Origin: a candidate division WWE3 bacterium
GTDB taxonomy: Bacteria > Patescibacteriota > WWE3 > UBA101185 > UBA10185
Reading direction: 5' to 3'
Length of the DNA: 64,000 bases
NCBI GenBank assembly: GCA_014729135.1
Contig: WJKK01000001.1
Location: forward strand, 794,919-858,918
Below are positions 19,081-27,291 of the stretch, piece after piece. The translations under genes were made by a program, and so were the position numbers. The notes below the pieces were generated by a model that was not told the DNA's origin, did no database searches, and worked only from the letters and a program-made list of their open reading frames with translations. The first letter of the stretch is position 1. The number at the start of each line of letters is the position of its first letter.

Positions 19081-19539
19081 CTATATAGAAAAGCGGGCGG
19101 TCTTTGAAAGCACTATTTTCTCACCTGTTTTTGCAATAGCCTCAGTCACCAATTCACTCACTTTTTTACTTGGATCACGAATGTACTCATCTTCTAACAA
19201 TTCACCTACATCAAAGTAATCTTTAATAGCTGCTTGCATTGCAATTTCCTGTGCTAAATCCTTAAACTCATCAGTTTTTGCAACAAAATCTGTTTCACAC
19301 TCAAGCTGAATCATGCTACCAATATTGCCGCCTGTGTGAATGTAACTATGAATCAAGCCGGCACCTACTGTTCTTTCGGCAGTTTTCTTTGCTGCTATAG
19401 CTTTTCCACGTTCTATTAATGCTTCTTTAGCTTTCTCGAAATCTCCACCGGCTTCTTCTAAAGCTTTTTTAACATCTAATACGGAGGCGCTTGTTTCCTC
19501 ACGAAGTTTTTTAATATTTTTAATGTCTATTTTTGACAT
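19081..19539 (-). CDS. tsf: elongation factor Ts (short form)
   Basis: UBA-like N-terminus IKKLREETSASVLDVKKALEEAGGDFEKA and core TDFVAKTDEF; sits in the rpsB-tsf-frr arrangement. Confidence 0.8.
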   Translation of the reverse strand: MSKIDIKNIKKLREETSASVLDVKKALEEAGGDFEKAKEALIERGKAIAAKKTAERTVGAGLIHSYIHTGGNIGSMIQLECETDFVAKTDEFKDLAQEIAMQAAIKDYFDVGELLEDEYIRDPSKKVSELVTEAIAKTGEKIVLSKTARFSI

Positions 19540-19594
19540 AAATCTCCTTTAATAAAATTTAAATAATTTTTGATCTAACACTTTACCCAATTTT

Positions 19595-20410
19595 TTATTT
19601 CTCTTCTTTATTCTCGTTCTCCTCACTTTCCTCCTTTTCCTGCTCCCGCTTCTCCTGCTCCCGCTTCTCCTGCTCCTGCTCCTCCTCAGCATCCTGCTCC
19701 TCCTCAGCATCCTGCTTCTCATAATCCTCATAACCCTTCTCAATAGCACCACACAAAACCTTCAAAATCAGCGAAGTAGACTTAATAGCATCATCATTTC
19801 CGGGAATAGGATAGTCAATCCCCGTAGGATCAGTATCAGTGTCAAGCAAAGCTACAATAGGAACATCGGTTCGCTTAGCCTCTCGTACAGCTGTTTTTTC
19901 TCGATGAGCATCAATAACAACAACAGCACCGGGCAATCCACGAATCCCAACAAGCCCACCCACCGAATTTTCAAGCTTCGTTATCTCCCTATCCAAAAGC
20001 AACTGCTCCTTTTTTGTGTACATTTCATACTCACCTGCTTCACGCTTCTTCTTCATTTTAACTAACTTATCAATATTATTCTTAATCACACGATAGTTAG
20101 TTAAAGTTCCACCAAGCCAGCGCTGATTTACATACAAAGCTTTGCAGTGTTGAGATTCCAGTTTGATAAGCTCAGAAACCTGACGTTTAGTACCTACCAA
20201 AATAATCTGCTCTCCTTTTTTGGCCGTCTCATACAAAAACTCAGCGCCCTCCTTTAGCAACTCGTGAGTTTTTTCCAGATTTATTACGTGAATATTCTTG
20301 CGAGCCTCATAGATATAAGGCGCCGCATTAGGATGCCATCTTCGAATTTGATGTCCTAAGTGAACGCCTGCATCAAAGAGTTCTTTAACTGTTGGTATTT
20401 TTAGTTTCAT
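19595..20410 (-). CDS. rpsB: 30S ribosomal protein S2 with an acidic repetitive C-terminal extension
   Basis: [33 protein letters not shown]. Start taken at MKLKIPTV, which has AAGGAGG 9 nt upstream. The C-terminal tail ([23 protein letters not shown]) is encoded by tandem DNA repeats. Confidence 0.9.
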   Translation of the reverse strand: MKLKIPTVKELFDAGVHLGHQIRRWHPNAAPYIYEARKNIHVINLEKTHELLKEGAEFLYETAKKGEQIILVGTKRQVSELIKLESQHCKALYVNQRWLGGTLTNYRVIKNNIDKLVKMKKKREAGEYEMYTKKEQLLLDREITKLENSVGGLVGIRGLPGAVVVIDAHREKTAVREAKRTDVPIVALLDTDTDPTGIDYPIPGNDDAIKSTSLILKVLCGAIEKGYEDYEKQDAEEEQDAEEEQEQEKREQEKREQEKEESEENENKEEK

Positions 20411-20793
20411 AAAAAAATCCTCCTTTTTTGTTTTGTACAAAGGAGGTTTAAAAAAATAAATATTTGGTTTACCTCCCTTTTATTTTGAACTTGATTTTGG
20501 CACTTTACACTGCAAGCTCTCATTGAGGCCCTGCTTTTTAAACTTTTCCTCTTGTGTTTTTTGGCTTTTCAGAGCTGTCTTCACAGGAGGTGTTTTGCAG
20601 AGAGGGTTCCTCACTGACTTTTGTAGACTAACATAAAGAGGGGGCGTGTGCAAAATTATTTAGAGATAGCGAGAAATGGGGAGGGCCTGCCAACAAACAA
20701 AATAAAGCTTATTGTGACATGTTTTATTTTTCTTATATAATTGGCTTATCTCGATTCCTACTTAAAACCCATCAAGGTTTAAGCAGAAACATT

Positions 20794-20826
20794 AAAGCCT
20801 TCGCAAAAAGCGAAGGCTTTTTTGCT
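20794..20826 (+). terminator. rho-independent terminator-like hairpin (aaagccttcgc-aaaaa-gcgaaggcttttttt)
   Basis: Perfect 10-bp stem followed by a T-run on the plus strand, with no annotated plus-strand gene upstream; it may terminate an unannotated sRNA or leader. Confidence 0.45.
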
Positions 20827-20983
20827 TTAAACCTCCTCCCACTCCTAGTCCTAATCCCACTCCTAGAAAAACCCACCCAAACCAAGTATCATACTTAAAA
20901 CAAGGGTAAGGGAAAAACCGGCAACACCTAAAAGAAAAACCCCGCAACAAAAGCACAAGCCCAGTATCATGCTCAAAACTTAA

Positions 20984-21946
20984 ATGATCATAAACCTACT
21001 AAACAAAAAAAGCAAAAAAGACGAATACCTCTTCAAAAAAGAATACCACCAGCGCCTAGAGCAAATCCTTAAAGAAAAATACAGCATAGAAACAAAATTC
21101 TCCGAAAACTTCTCGTGGGGATACACCTCCACATCCACCTACATTAAAGACACCAAAGATCAAGAATTTGTTGCCAGAATCAGCGCCAACACTCCCCTAA
21201 AAGAAGCTGCGACTTTTAAAGACCTGGCCATCACCCAACAAATTGCCGACAAAATCGCAACCAGAACCTACATTCCCAACAACAAAGGAAATCACCTGAC
21301 TTACATTGACCAAGAGCGCGACTCCCAAGGCAACACCCTCATAGAAAACGCCATCCTTACCTGCTATCCGTACATTCATGGCACTCCCCCATTTAAAATG
21401 ACAGAGGACATTATCACGCAAGCGGTTGACCGACTTAAAATGATTCATAAGCTGGACCCGACGCCTATTCAGAAGGCTTTGGAAACGTATTCTTTGGAGG
21501 AGGCTTTAACCGCCGACCTGGGCAAGATTGCAGCGGTTGTGGAGGGGGTTGAAGGTGCTGACAGTGCAGAAATCAACAAAGTAGCTTTCCTCCATGGAGA
21601 CATGACACCCTCCAACATTTTGGTGTCCTATGAAAAGATTGTGGCTGTGGTGGATTTTGAGTTGGCTGTGGTGGGTCCGGTGGAGTGGGATTTGGCAAGG
21701 CTTGCGGTTTTTTCGTGGTTTCGTTTACCGGAAAATTATGATTTTGGAACAGTTTTGGATTTGATAGAGAAAACTTATAAAGAGGATTTAAAGCGTGATT
21801 TTTTGGAGGCGTTTTCACTGGAGCATGCTAAAAGCCATGCCGAAAATATTGAATCTCATAAGGATTTGCATAAAAGCAAAAGGGACTATCGAGCACAGCT
21901 GAAATTTGCTAAAAAGAAGTTAAAGCAACTGAAAAAAAGTCTTTAA
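20984..21946 (+). CDS. APH/choline-ethanolamine-kinase-family phosphotransferase
   Basis: Catalytic loop HGDMTPSNILV (HGDxxxxN) and metal-binding VDFE (the DFG equivalent); convergent with the ThyA-like operon. Confidence 0.7.
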   Translation: MIINLLNKKSKKDEYLFKKEYHQRLEQILKEKYSIETKFSENFSWGYTSTSTYIKDTKDQEFVARISANTPLKEAATFKDLAITQQIADKIATRTYIPNNKGNHLTYIDQERDSQGNTLIENAILTCYPYIHGTPPFKMTEDIITQAVDRLKMIHKLDPTPIQKALETYSLEEALTADLGKIAAVVEGVEGADSAEINKVAFLHGDMTPSNILVSYEKIVAVVDFELAVVGPVEWDLARLAVFSWFRLPENYDFGTVLDLIEKTYKEDLKRDFLEAFSLEHAKSHAENIESHKDLHKSKRDYRAQLKFAKKKLKQLKKSL

Positions 21947-23595
21947 TTTGCAGGGCGCAAAGGTTGGTCCTGCTCAAACGTAAGCCCAAGCTTCACCGCA
22001 GCCTCCGCCTTAGCCAACTGCCTCCCCAAATCACAAGCAGCTCCCAAATCGCTAACAAGCAAATCCTTAAAAATCATAGCCGACAAATCTCGTGCCGCCT
22101 TCTCTGCATGACCATCAATAGAAAACTTAGCCAACTCCTTAGTACCCTCCGGTGAGAAAAACGTCACCAAAATTTGCGAACTGTCATCCCCTGACAAACA
22201 CACCGTATAATAACCGCGAGGATCATACTGGCAAGTGCGCCCTAAATGATCATTTTCTGCCACTACGGCCAAAGCAGCCTCCCAATTAATCTCGTAAATC
22301 TCGGCAATATGGGAAATTGTGGTTAAAACACCCATCTCACAAGAAATCTTATGGGATAACTTTTTTTGAAAAGCTCGCAAGGCAAAGACGTTCAACGGCC
22401 AAGCCCCATAGATGTCGTTATTTCTGAACACGGCTGTCATGTCAAACTTCCCATCTACAACCTGACCTAAAATCATAACCATGCAAGGCACTCGCCACTT
22501 TTTGGTCTGCCCCATTTCCTTACGCTCAATATCAGAGGGGGGAAAATTGTCGTTATGCGGCTCCCATAAAACCGCCAATGCTCCCCTATCAAAGTTAAAG
22601 CGCTTTAATTTTTCCACCATGATTTTTTCCTGATCTAAGGGAATGTTTAGTTTGAAGTCAGGGTTTTTGGATTCCGGATCGAGTCCGGAAGAACGGGAAT
22701 CCGTAGAACTAGAGGCGGAATGACGGGAAAGACCTCCGAAGGAGTCTCTCCCCCACTTAAAAATTCGCTCCCCGTAAGTGTAAACCTCCTGTTTTTCTCC
22801 CGATTTGTTAGGCTCATTAGGATCAAAGAACCCCTTTATATAAAGGTCTAGCTGCTTTTTATCAAAATTAAAAAAGTCGTAAATCTCAGGACTTGCGGGA
22901 TCCTCTTCCTCAACAACAATGGAAAGGTTTTGAACCTGGCCAACCTCACCGTACATTCCGGGAATTCGACGACCAAAGCGAGTTACTGTTTTTAGAGCAT
23001 CCAACCAAGCTTCTCCAATGTATTTTCTACGGATTTTAAAAACTGACCTGTCGGTGGGAAATGTTTTAGGAGCAGCTTTTTCCGCCTCAGGAAATGTTAT
23101 AGGTTGTGTAAAGGGTTCCGTGTTTTTTGAGGCCTCATGCACCTTGGCTACTTTTCTTGCCAAATCCTCCAGAGATTCTAAACGAAAGTCATAAAAAGCC
23201 ACCTTTTGTCTTAGTAGCTCCAAAATCTCCAAAGGGATCTCCTTGTCAATAAAAGCTTTTTTTGTGTTTTTAATTGCCCAATGCGTAATATTCTCATTCT
23301 CATCCTGAACCGGCTCCACTCCTTTTTCAAAAAAATTCTTTAAAGCTATACCACTTTCCTGCCGATCTATTCCACACAAAAACAGATGCCGAATTTTTGG
23401 ATTAGCAAGAATGTTTCGCAAAAGATAGTTGATGCCTCCTTTTGTGTAGAGCTGCCCACATGCTGCAAAAGTTTGAGGAGTGAGCTTTTCGGCAACCATT
23501 TCTTTTGGCATCCAAAGTGTTGCTATTGCAGTGGAGGAGTTTAGGTTTTCCATTAGGATGCGGTCTTTGAAGTATTTCGGCCAGTTTTCAATCAC
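21943..23595 (-). CDS. thymidylate-synthase-like (ThyA-fold) multidomain protein, 550 aa, carrying an in-frame repeat-derived insertion
   Basis: The core WEPHNDN...VPCMVMILGQVVDGKFDMTAVFRNNDIYGAWPLNVFALRAF aligns with the ThyA PCH...DGKLSCQLYQRSxDVFLGVPFNIASYALL region; catalytic Cys, Arg and Asp are retained. There is an N-terminal extension of about 190 aa and a C-terminal extension of about 80 aa. Residues SRHSASSSTDSRSSGLDPESKNPD are encoded by the palindromic element at 22671-22730. Confidence 0.6.
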   Translation of the reverse strand: MIENWPKYFKDRILMENLNSSTAIATLWMPKEMVAEKLTPQTFAACGQLYTKGGINYLLRNILANPKIRHLFLCGIDRQESGIALKNFFEKGVEPVQDENENITHWAIKNTKKAFIDKEIPLEILELLRQKVAFYDFRLESLEDLARKVAKVHEASKNTEPFTQPITFPEAEKAAPKTFPTDRSVFKIRRKYIGEAWLDALKTVTRFGRRIPGMYGEVGQVQNLSIVVEEEDPASPEIYDFFNFDKKQLDLYIKGFFDPNEPNKSGEKQEVYTYGERIFKWGRDSFGGLSRHSASSSTDSRSSGLDPESKNPDFKLNIPLDQEKIMVEKLKRFNFDRGALAVLWEPHNDNFPPSDIERKEMGQTKKWRVPCMVMILGQVVDGKFDMTAVFRNNDIYGAWPLNVFALRAFQKKLSHKISCEMGVLTTISHIAEIYEINWEAALAVVAENDHLGRTCQYDPRGYYTVCLSGDDSSQILVTFFSPEGTKELAKFSIDGHAEKAARDLSAMIFKDLLVSDLGAACDLGRQLAKAEAAVKLGLTFEQDQPLRPAN

Positions 23596-23620
23596 AGGAG
23601 TATTTTAGCATGGGAGTTTT

Positions 23621-24097
23621 TTAAGCCCTACCCCAAACAACATCTTCCGGGATTTGTGTTACAGAAACTCCTGCTTCTTTAAAAACAGGCATTGCCTCAT
23701 TTCCCGAGGTAAAGTGATCTGACATATAAAAAATTTGCACTACCCCCTCCCCTACTAGTTTCTTTGCACAATCCATACAGGGAAAACGGGTTACATAGAC
23801 CGTAGCTCCTTTTATACTGACTCCCTTTTGTTTGGCTTGATTTAGAGCGGCTATTTCAGCGTGAATAATCGGAGGCATGCCACTTTCCTGCTCCACGACG
23901 TCGCTTTGCTCCGAAATGTCGCGGGAAAGGGCATGCCCTCCTTTTGCAATTTTATTATGACCTTCGCCAATAACGACACCTTCCGACGAAACAAAAACAC
24001 ATCCCGTGCGTACATCCAGTGAAGAATTGTCACACAACAAACACGCTCTTTGCATTAAATTAATATCCTGTGAATTAAAACTCATAAAACAAACCAA
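23621..24097 (-). CDS. dCMP (deoxycytidylate) deaminase with an in-frame hairpin-element insertion
   Basis: Zinc motifs HAEIAAL and PCMDCAKKL. About 20 aa (ALSRDISEQSDVVEQESGMP) are encoded by the palindromic element at 23876-23936. Confidence 0.75.
   Translation of the reverse strand: MVCFMSFNSQDINLMQRACLLCDNSSLDVRTGCVFVSSEGVVIGEGHNKIAKGGHALSRDISEQSDVVEQESGMPPIIHAEIAALNQAKQKGVSIKGATVYVTRFPCMDCAKKLVGEGVVQIFYMSDHFTSGNEAMPVFKEAGVSVTQIPEDVVWGRA
23876..23936. repeat. dispersed hairpin element, family 3 (stem GGCATGCCACTTTCC/GGGAAAGGGCATGCC, loop ...CTCCACGACGTC...CGAAATGTCGC...), inside the dCMP deaminase gene
   Basis: The loop core recurs at 29507-29545, 29576-29636 and 50822-50868 with different flanking stems. 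Confidence 0.6.
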
Positions 24098-24137
24098 CCC
24101 TTACGGAGCAGTTGCCTAACAAAAAATTTTAGCAGCG

Positions 24138-24677
24138 TCAGCGACAAGCTTTTTTCGCGAAGGGAATTTCCGCAGCCACGCTCCGCAACCTCTTAGCCAT
24201 CTCCACCGGAGCAACCTCAATATCGCAAAAATTGTAACTAAACCTAAAATTCTCATAGACCATAAACTCCGGTGTAATAGGCAACAAATGAATGTGCAAA
24301 TGCTTCAAACTACTCCCCGATTTTTTAGTCCCCTCCCGATACAAAACATTCACATCCTTGACATCACAACCTTGGCGAATAACCTCCATTCCAAGTGAAA
24401 TCATTTTATGAGCATCCCGCCAATCCTGAGGTGAAAAATCCTCCAAACGCTCAATATGCTTTTTTGGAATCACCATTAAATGGCCATCAATATAGGGAAA
24501 AAGATTCATAGTTAAAACAACATCGCCGGATTCCGCAATAATATACTTTTCCTTCAAATCACAAAAAGGGCACTTGGTTACAGAACTTGCAATATCACTA
24601 TACCAATGGGATTTGCGTGCATTCTTCTGCGCCTCCTCCGAATAAGCATGCTTTTTATTTGTGTCATCCTTTTTCAT
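24138..24677 (-). CDS. HIT-family protein (GalT/Ap4A-phosphorylase-like branch) with an N-terminal CxxC
   Basis: Histidine triad HLHIHLLP; CPFCDLKEK zinc-binding-like motif. Confidence 0.7.
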   Translation of the reverse strand: MKKDDTNKKHAYSEEAQKNARKSHWYSDIASSVTKCPFCDLKEKYIIAESGDVVLTMNLFPYIDGHLMVIPKKHIERLEDFSPQDWRDAHKMISLGMEVIRQGCDVKDVNVLYREGTKKSGSSLKHLHIHLLPITPEFMVYENFRFSYNFCDIEVAPVEMAKRLRSVAAEIPFAKKACR

Positions 24678-24734
24678 AGTTTAAAACCCAGGCAGTAGGA
24701 GCAGCGCAAAAAACAGAACGTAATAAAAGCCACC

Positions 24735-26015
24735 TCAAACATCCCCATTCAGCCGAGACCGCTCCATCAAAAACGCCTCATAACGGCTGCGATCCATACA
24801 CTCCTCAAAAATCTCCCTCACCTTCTCATGCGCCACCTTATCTATTATAGCCGACGCCGAAATATTTGTAGACTGCTTTGCTCCACGGATGACCTCACCG
24901 CCATAACTTTTCATAGCCTTATACTCCGGAGAGTCCTTGTAACCTTCATTCCAGCTTTCCTTAACCGTATAAAAAACGTCAGGCTTTAACCCATGAATCG
25001 TCTGCAAAACATCTGTCTGAGGGAAAATTGCCACATGATCAACCATATCCAAGCTTGCCAAAACATAAGCTCGCGATCTTTCCGACATTACCGGACGACC
25101 GGATCCTTTTAAACTGCGAACAGCCTCATCGGATGGGATTGCTGCCACTAAAACGTCTCCTTGCAAAGATGCCTGCTCAATAAAGCGGGCATGCCCCACG
25201 TGAAGCAAATCGTAACTTCCTGAAACTAAAACCACTTTTTTACCTTGCTTTTTGTACTTTTCGGAAAGGGTCGGCAGCTCTTTTGGCGTGTGAATGAATT
25301 TGTTGGCGTTGTAGGCAAAAAGATTTAGAGGCTTTTGCTGTCCAAAATCCACCGGTTTTAAGTTGGGCTCGGCATTAAAATTTAGGGAGGGCATGTTGTC
25401 GTTGAGGTAAGTTTGAAGGATTTGGAGAAAGCGGATGTGGGCAATGGAGCTTACCAGGCTGTTAACGCTGTAGTAGGGCTGCATTTTAGCTTCTCGGTAA
25501 GTAGCGCCACCATACATTTCTAAAACCGCTTTGTCCTGGTTGTTGCGAAGGCCATTTTCCCAGTCGTGTTCGCAGGTGTAAAAGGTTTCCGGTTGCAGCA
25601 TGATAAGAGAGGCATGCGGTCGGTCGTTGTCTACAATTGTCACATAGTCAACGTTTTTTATGTAGGTGACAAGTTCGGCTCTGATGTCTTCGGGGATTAA
25701 CGGGTAAGGCTTGCCTTTAACTCTCTTGTCGGAGGCATCTGAGGAGACGCCGGCTACTAGGATATGTCCTGCTGCTTTTGCGTCTGCTAAGTAGCGGCAG
25801 TGTCCGGGGTTGATTAAATCCCAGGAGCCTATTGTGAAGACGATTTTCTTGCCTTGCTTTTTGAGTTTTTTGCTTGTTTTTTGAAGGTCTTTGAATTCTA
25901 GGAGTTTTTTGTGGCGCTTTTTGTGATTTTTTTGTTTGGTTTTTTGGGTTTTGGGAGGTAGTTTGGAGGCTTTGTTGTGGGCTTGGTTCTGAGTTTCTTG
26001 TGCTTTGTTTGCCAT
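24735..26015 (-). CDS. tandem cytidylyltransferase-domain protein (two TagD/ECT-like CTP-transferase domains) with a Lys-rich N-terminus
   Basis: Domain 1 GSWDLINPGH...SDASDKRVKG; domain 2 GSYDLLHVGH...SDEAVRSLKG (the HxGH and RxxKG motifs of the cytidylyltransferase superfamily). The N-terminal 55 aa are K/Q-rich. Confidence 0.6.
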   Translation of the reverse strand: MANKAQETQNQAHNKASKLPPKTQKTKQKNHKKRHKKLLEFKDLQKTSKKLKKQGKKIVFTIGSWDLINPGHCRYLADAKAAGHILVAGVSSDASDKRVKGKPYPLIPEDIRAELVTYIKNVDYVTIVDNDRPHASLIMLQPETFYTCEHDWENGLRNNQDKAVLEMYGGATYREAKMQPYYSVNSLVSSIAHIRFLQILQTYLNDNMPSLNFNAEPNLKPVDFGQQKPLNLFAYNANKFIHTPKELPTLSEKYKKQGKKVVLVSGSYDLLHVGHARFIEQASLQGDVLVAAIPSDEAVRSLKGSGRPVMSERSRAYVLASLDMVDHVAIFPQTDVLQTIHGLKPDVFYTVKESWNEGYKDSPEYKAMKSYGGEVIRGAKQSTNISASAIIDKVAHEKVREIFEECMDRSRYEAFLMERSRLNGDV

Positions 26016-26151
26016 TGTAATGTGATGATATCACACAGGAAAAGTGGGAAACGCGACCAAAACAACCCTATAAGTTGAGAAAATGAGAGAAAAGAAGTAG
26101 AATTTCCCCAGTTAATCGGGTGTTGTTAGAGAAGTCAAACAGGAGGAATGA

Positions 26152-26404
26152 GATGGAAATAGGCGGAGAAACGATAGCGCTACTCGTAGGATTGGGGTTG
26201 GTCTTCGTCGGAGTAGGTATTACCCTATTGAGAAATCCCCCGGCATGGACATGGCCCCATATGACGGAAGGAGAGTTCGAAACGGAGGGGTGCCCGGAAT
26301 GCGGCTACAAGACGTCACCAAAGGACGTTTTGGGAACATACGCTTGTCCGAAATGCGGGAAAAAGGTCATTCTCATCTCCCAATGGGAAAAGGAGAATAT
26401 GTAA
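26152..26404 (+). CDS. small membrane-anchored zinc-ribbon protein (paralog 1)
   Basis: AGGAGG lies 6 nt upstream of ATG; TM helix IALLVGLGLVFVGVGITLL; C-terminal CPECG...CPKCGKK zinc ribbon. Confidence 0.45.
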
Positions 26405-26613
26405 TGCCACCGCAGTTTTGGCAGGGTCTACTAATAGCCATACCGATTGGAACCATCGTTTTCTTCCTGCGGAGAGACAGTATCGTTCATATCTCCCAAG
26501 AAGAGTGGGATGAGTTCGGATGCCCTCGGTGCGAGGCAAAAGGGCACTACAAAAAAAACGATGTCCTACACTGCGCCGAGTGTGGGAAACGTTACATAAT
26601 CGACGCAGAATAG
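26404..26613 (+). CDS. small membrane-anchored zinc-ribbon protein (paralog 2)
   Basis: TAATG overlap with paralog 1; MPPQFWQGLLIAIPIGTIVFFL TM helix; CPRCE...CAECGKR zinc ribbon. Read from the sequence because the track merges it with an upstream frame. Confidence 0.45.
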   Translation: MPPQFWQGLLIAIPIGTIVFFLRRDSIVHISQEEWDEFGCPRCEAKGHYKKNDVLHCAECGKRYIIDAE

Positions 26614-27051
26614 AAACAAGATGGGGGTCGCCCAAAGACGCTTGGGCGATCCCTGCTACCACTCCCCTTTTTAACTACTCCACATAAAACGTTTTCAAAA
26701 AGCACACTCTTTTCCCTTTTTTAAAACCATTCCATAGATTTGCACGATATCCTATAAAGTAATAAAATTGTCCCTGTCGCCAAAATTTCATTGCGAAAGG
26801 AGAAACTCGTGAGCGGAAAGACAAAAATCGTGGTGAGGTGCACTTGCTCGAAAAACCCCATATACAAGGGAAAATCGATACGAAGGGCTCAAGAAGTCTA
26901 TCAAGAGCACGCAAAGCAAGGACACCAACCTGGATTTGGTTCCTCAAAGTAGAGTATCTCGCGGGTGAGACTGCCAAAGACGTAATCGGCAAGCTCATTC
27001 GCGAGACCATCCCCCTTCCACAAACAACTTCAAACTCAAATTCCATTTTTT

Positions 27052-27129
27052 ATAAAGCGCAGAAATATCCCTTTTGAACGAATTTTGGCGTACTCGCCAA
27101 CCTGAGCAAAAAAGGGATATTTCAAGCTG
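27052..27129. repeat. 78-bp structured palindromic repeat, copy A
   Basis: ATAAAGCGCAGAAATATCCCTTTTG..CGAATTTTGGCGTACTCGCCAACCTGAGCAAAAAAGGGATATTTCAAGCTG is nearly identical (2 mismatches) to 49781-49858. It has 16-bp outer inverted arms and an inner TTGGCG/CGCCAA hairpin. Confidence 0.8.
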
Positions 27130-27291
27130 CTAAATCAAAAGGGGTGAAGCGAGAAAGGGTATGCCTGTTTTATCAGAGATCCTGACTTTCGTCAGGATGA
27201 CGGTATGAAGCTCAGGATGACGCACTACTAAAAAGGATGACGGAATACAAAATTTAGAATAGGTAAACAAGCTCTGGAGGTATGACCGGAT

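Noticed and set aside
19549-19752. ORF 19549..19752 (minus strand, Arg/Ser-rich)
   Set aside because: It lies in an alternative frame of the rpsB acidic tandem-repeat tail and is low-complexity.
20441-20983. Known structured RNAs (RNase P, tmRNA, SRP, 6S) in the 540-bp rpsB/kinase intergenic region and other long gaps
   Set aside because: I looked for their conserved motifs (GGAAAGUCCGG, AGGGUGAAA, a tmRNA tag ORF, the SRP domain IV motif) and found none.
26838-27077. Track ORFs 26838..27077(+), 26675..27046(-), 49489..49986(+) and the N-terminal part of 49513..49902(-)
   Set aside because: They are read-throughs of the 78-bp repeat (shared FYKAQKYPF/SLKYPFF peptides) with no coding character.
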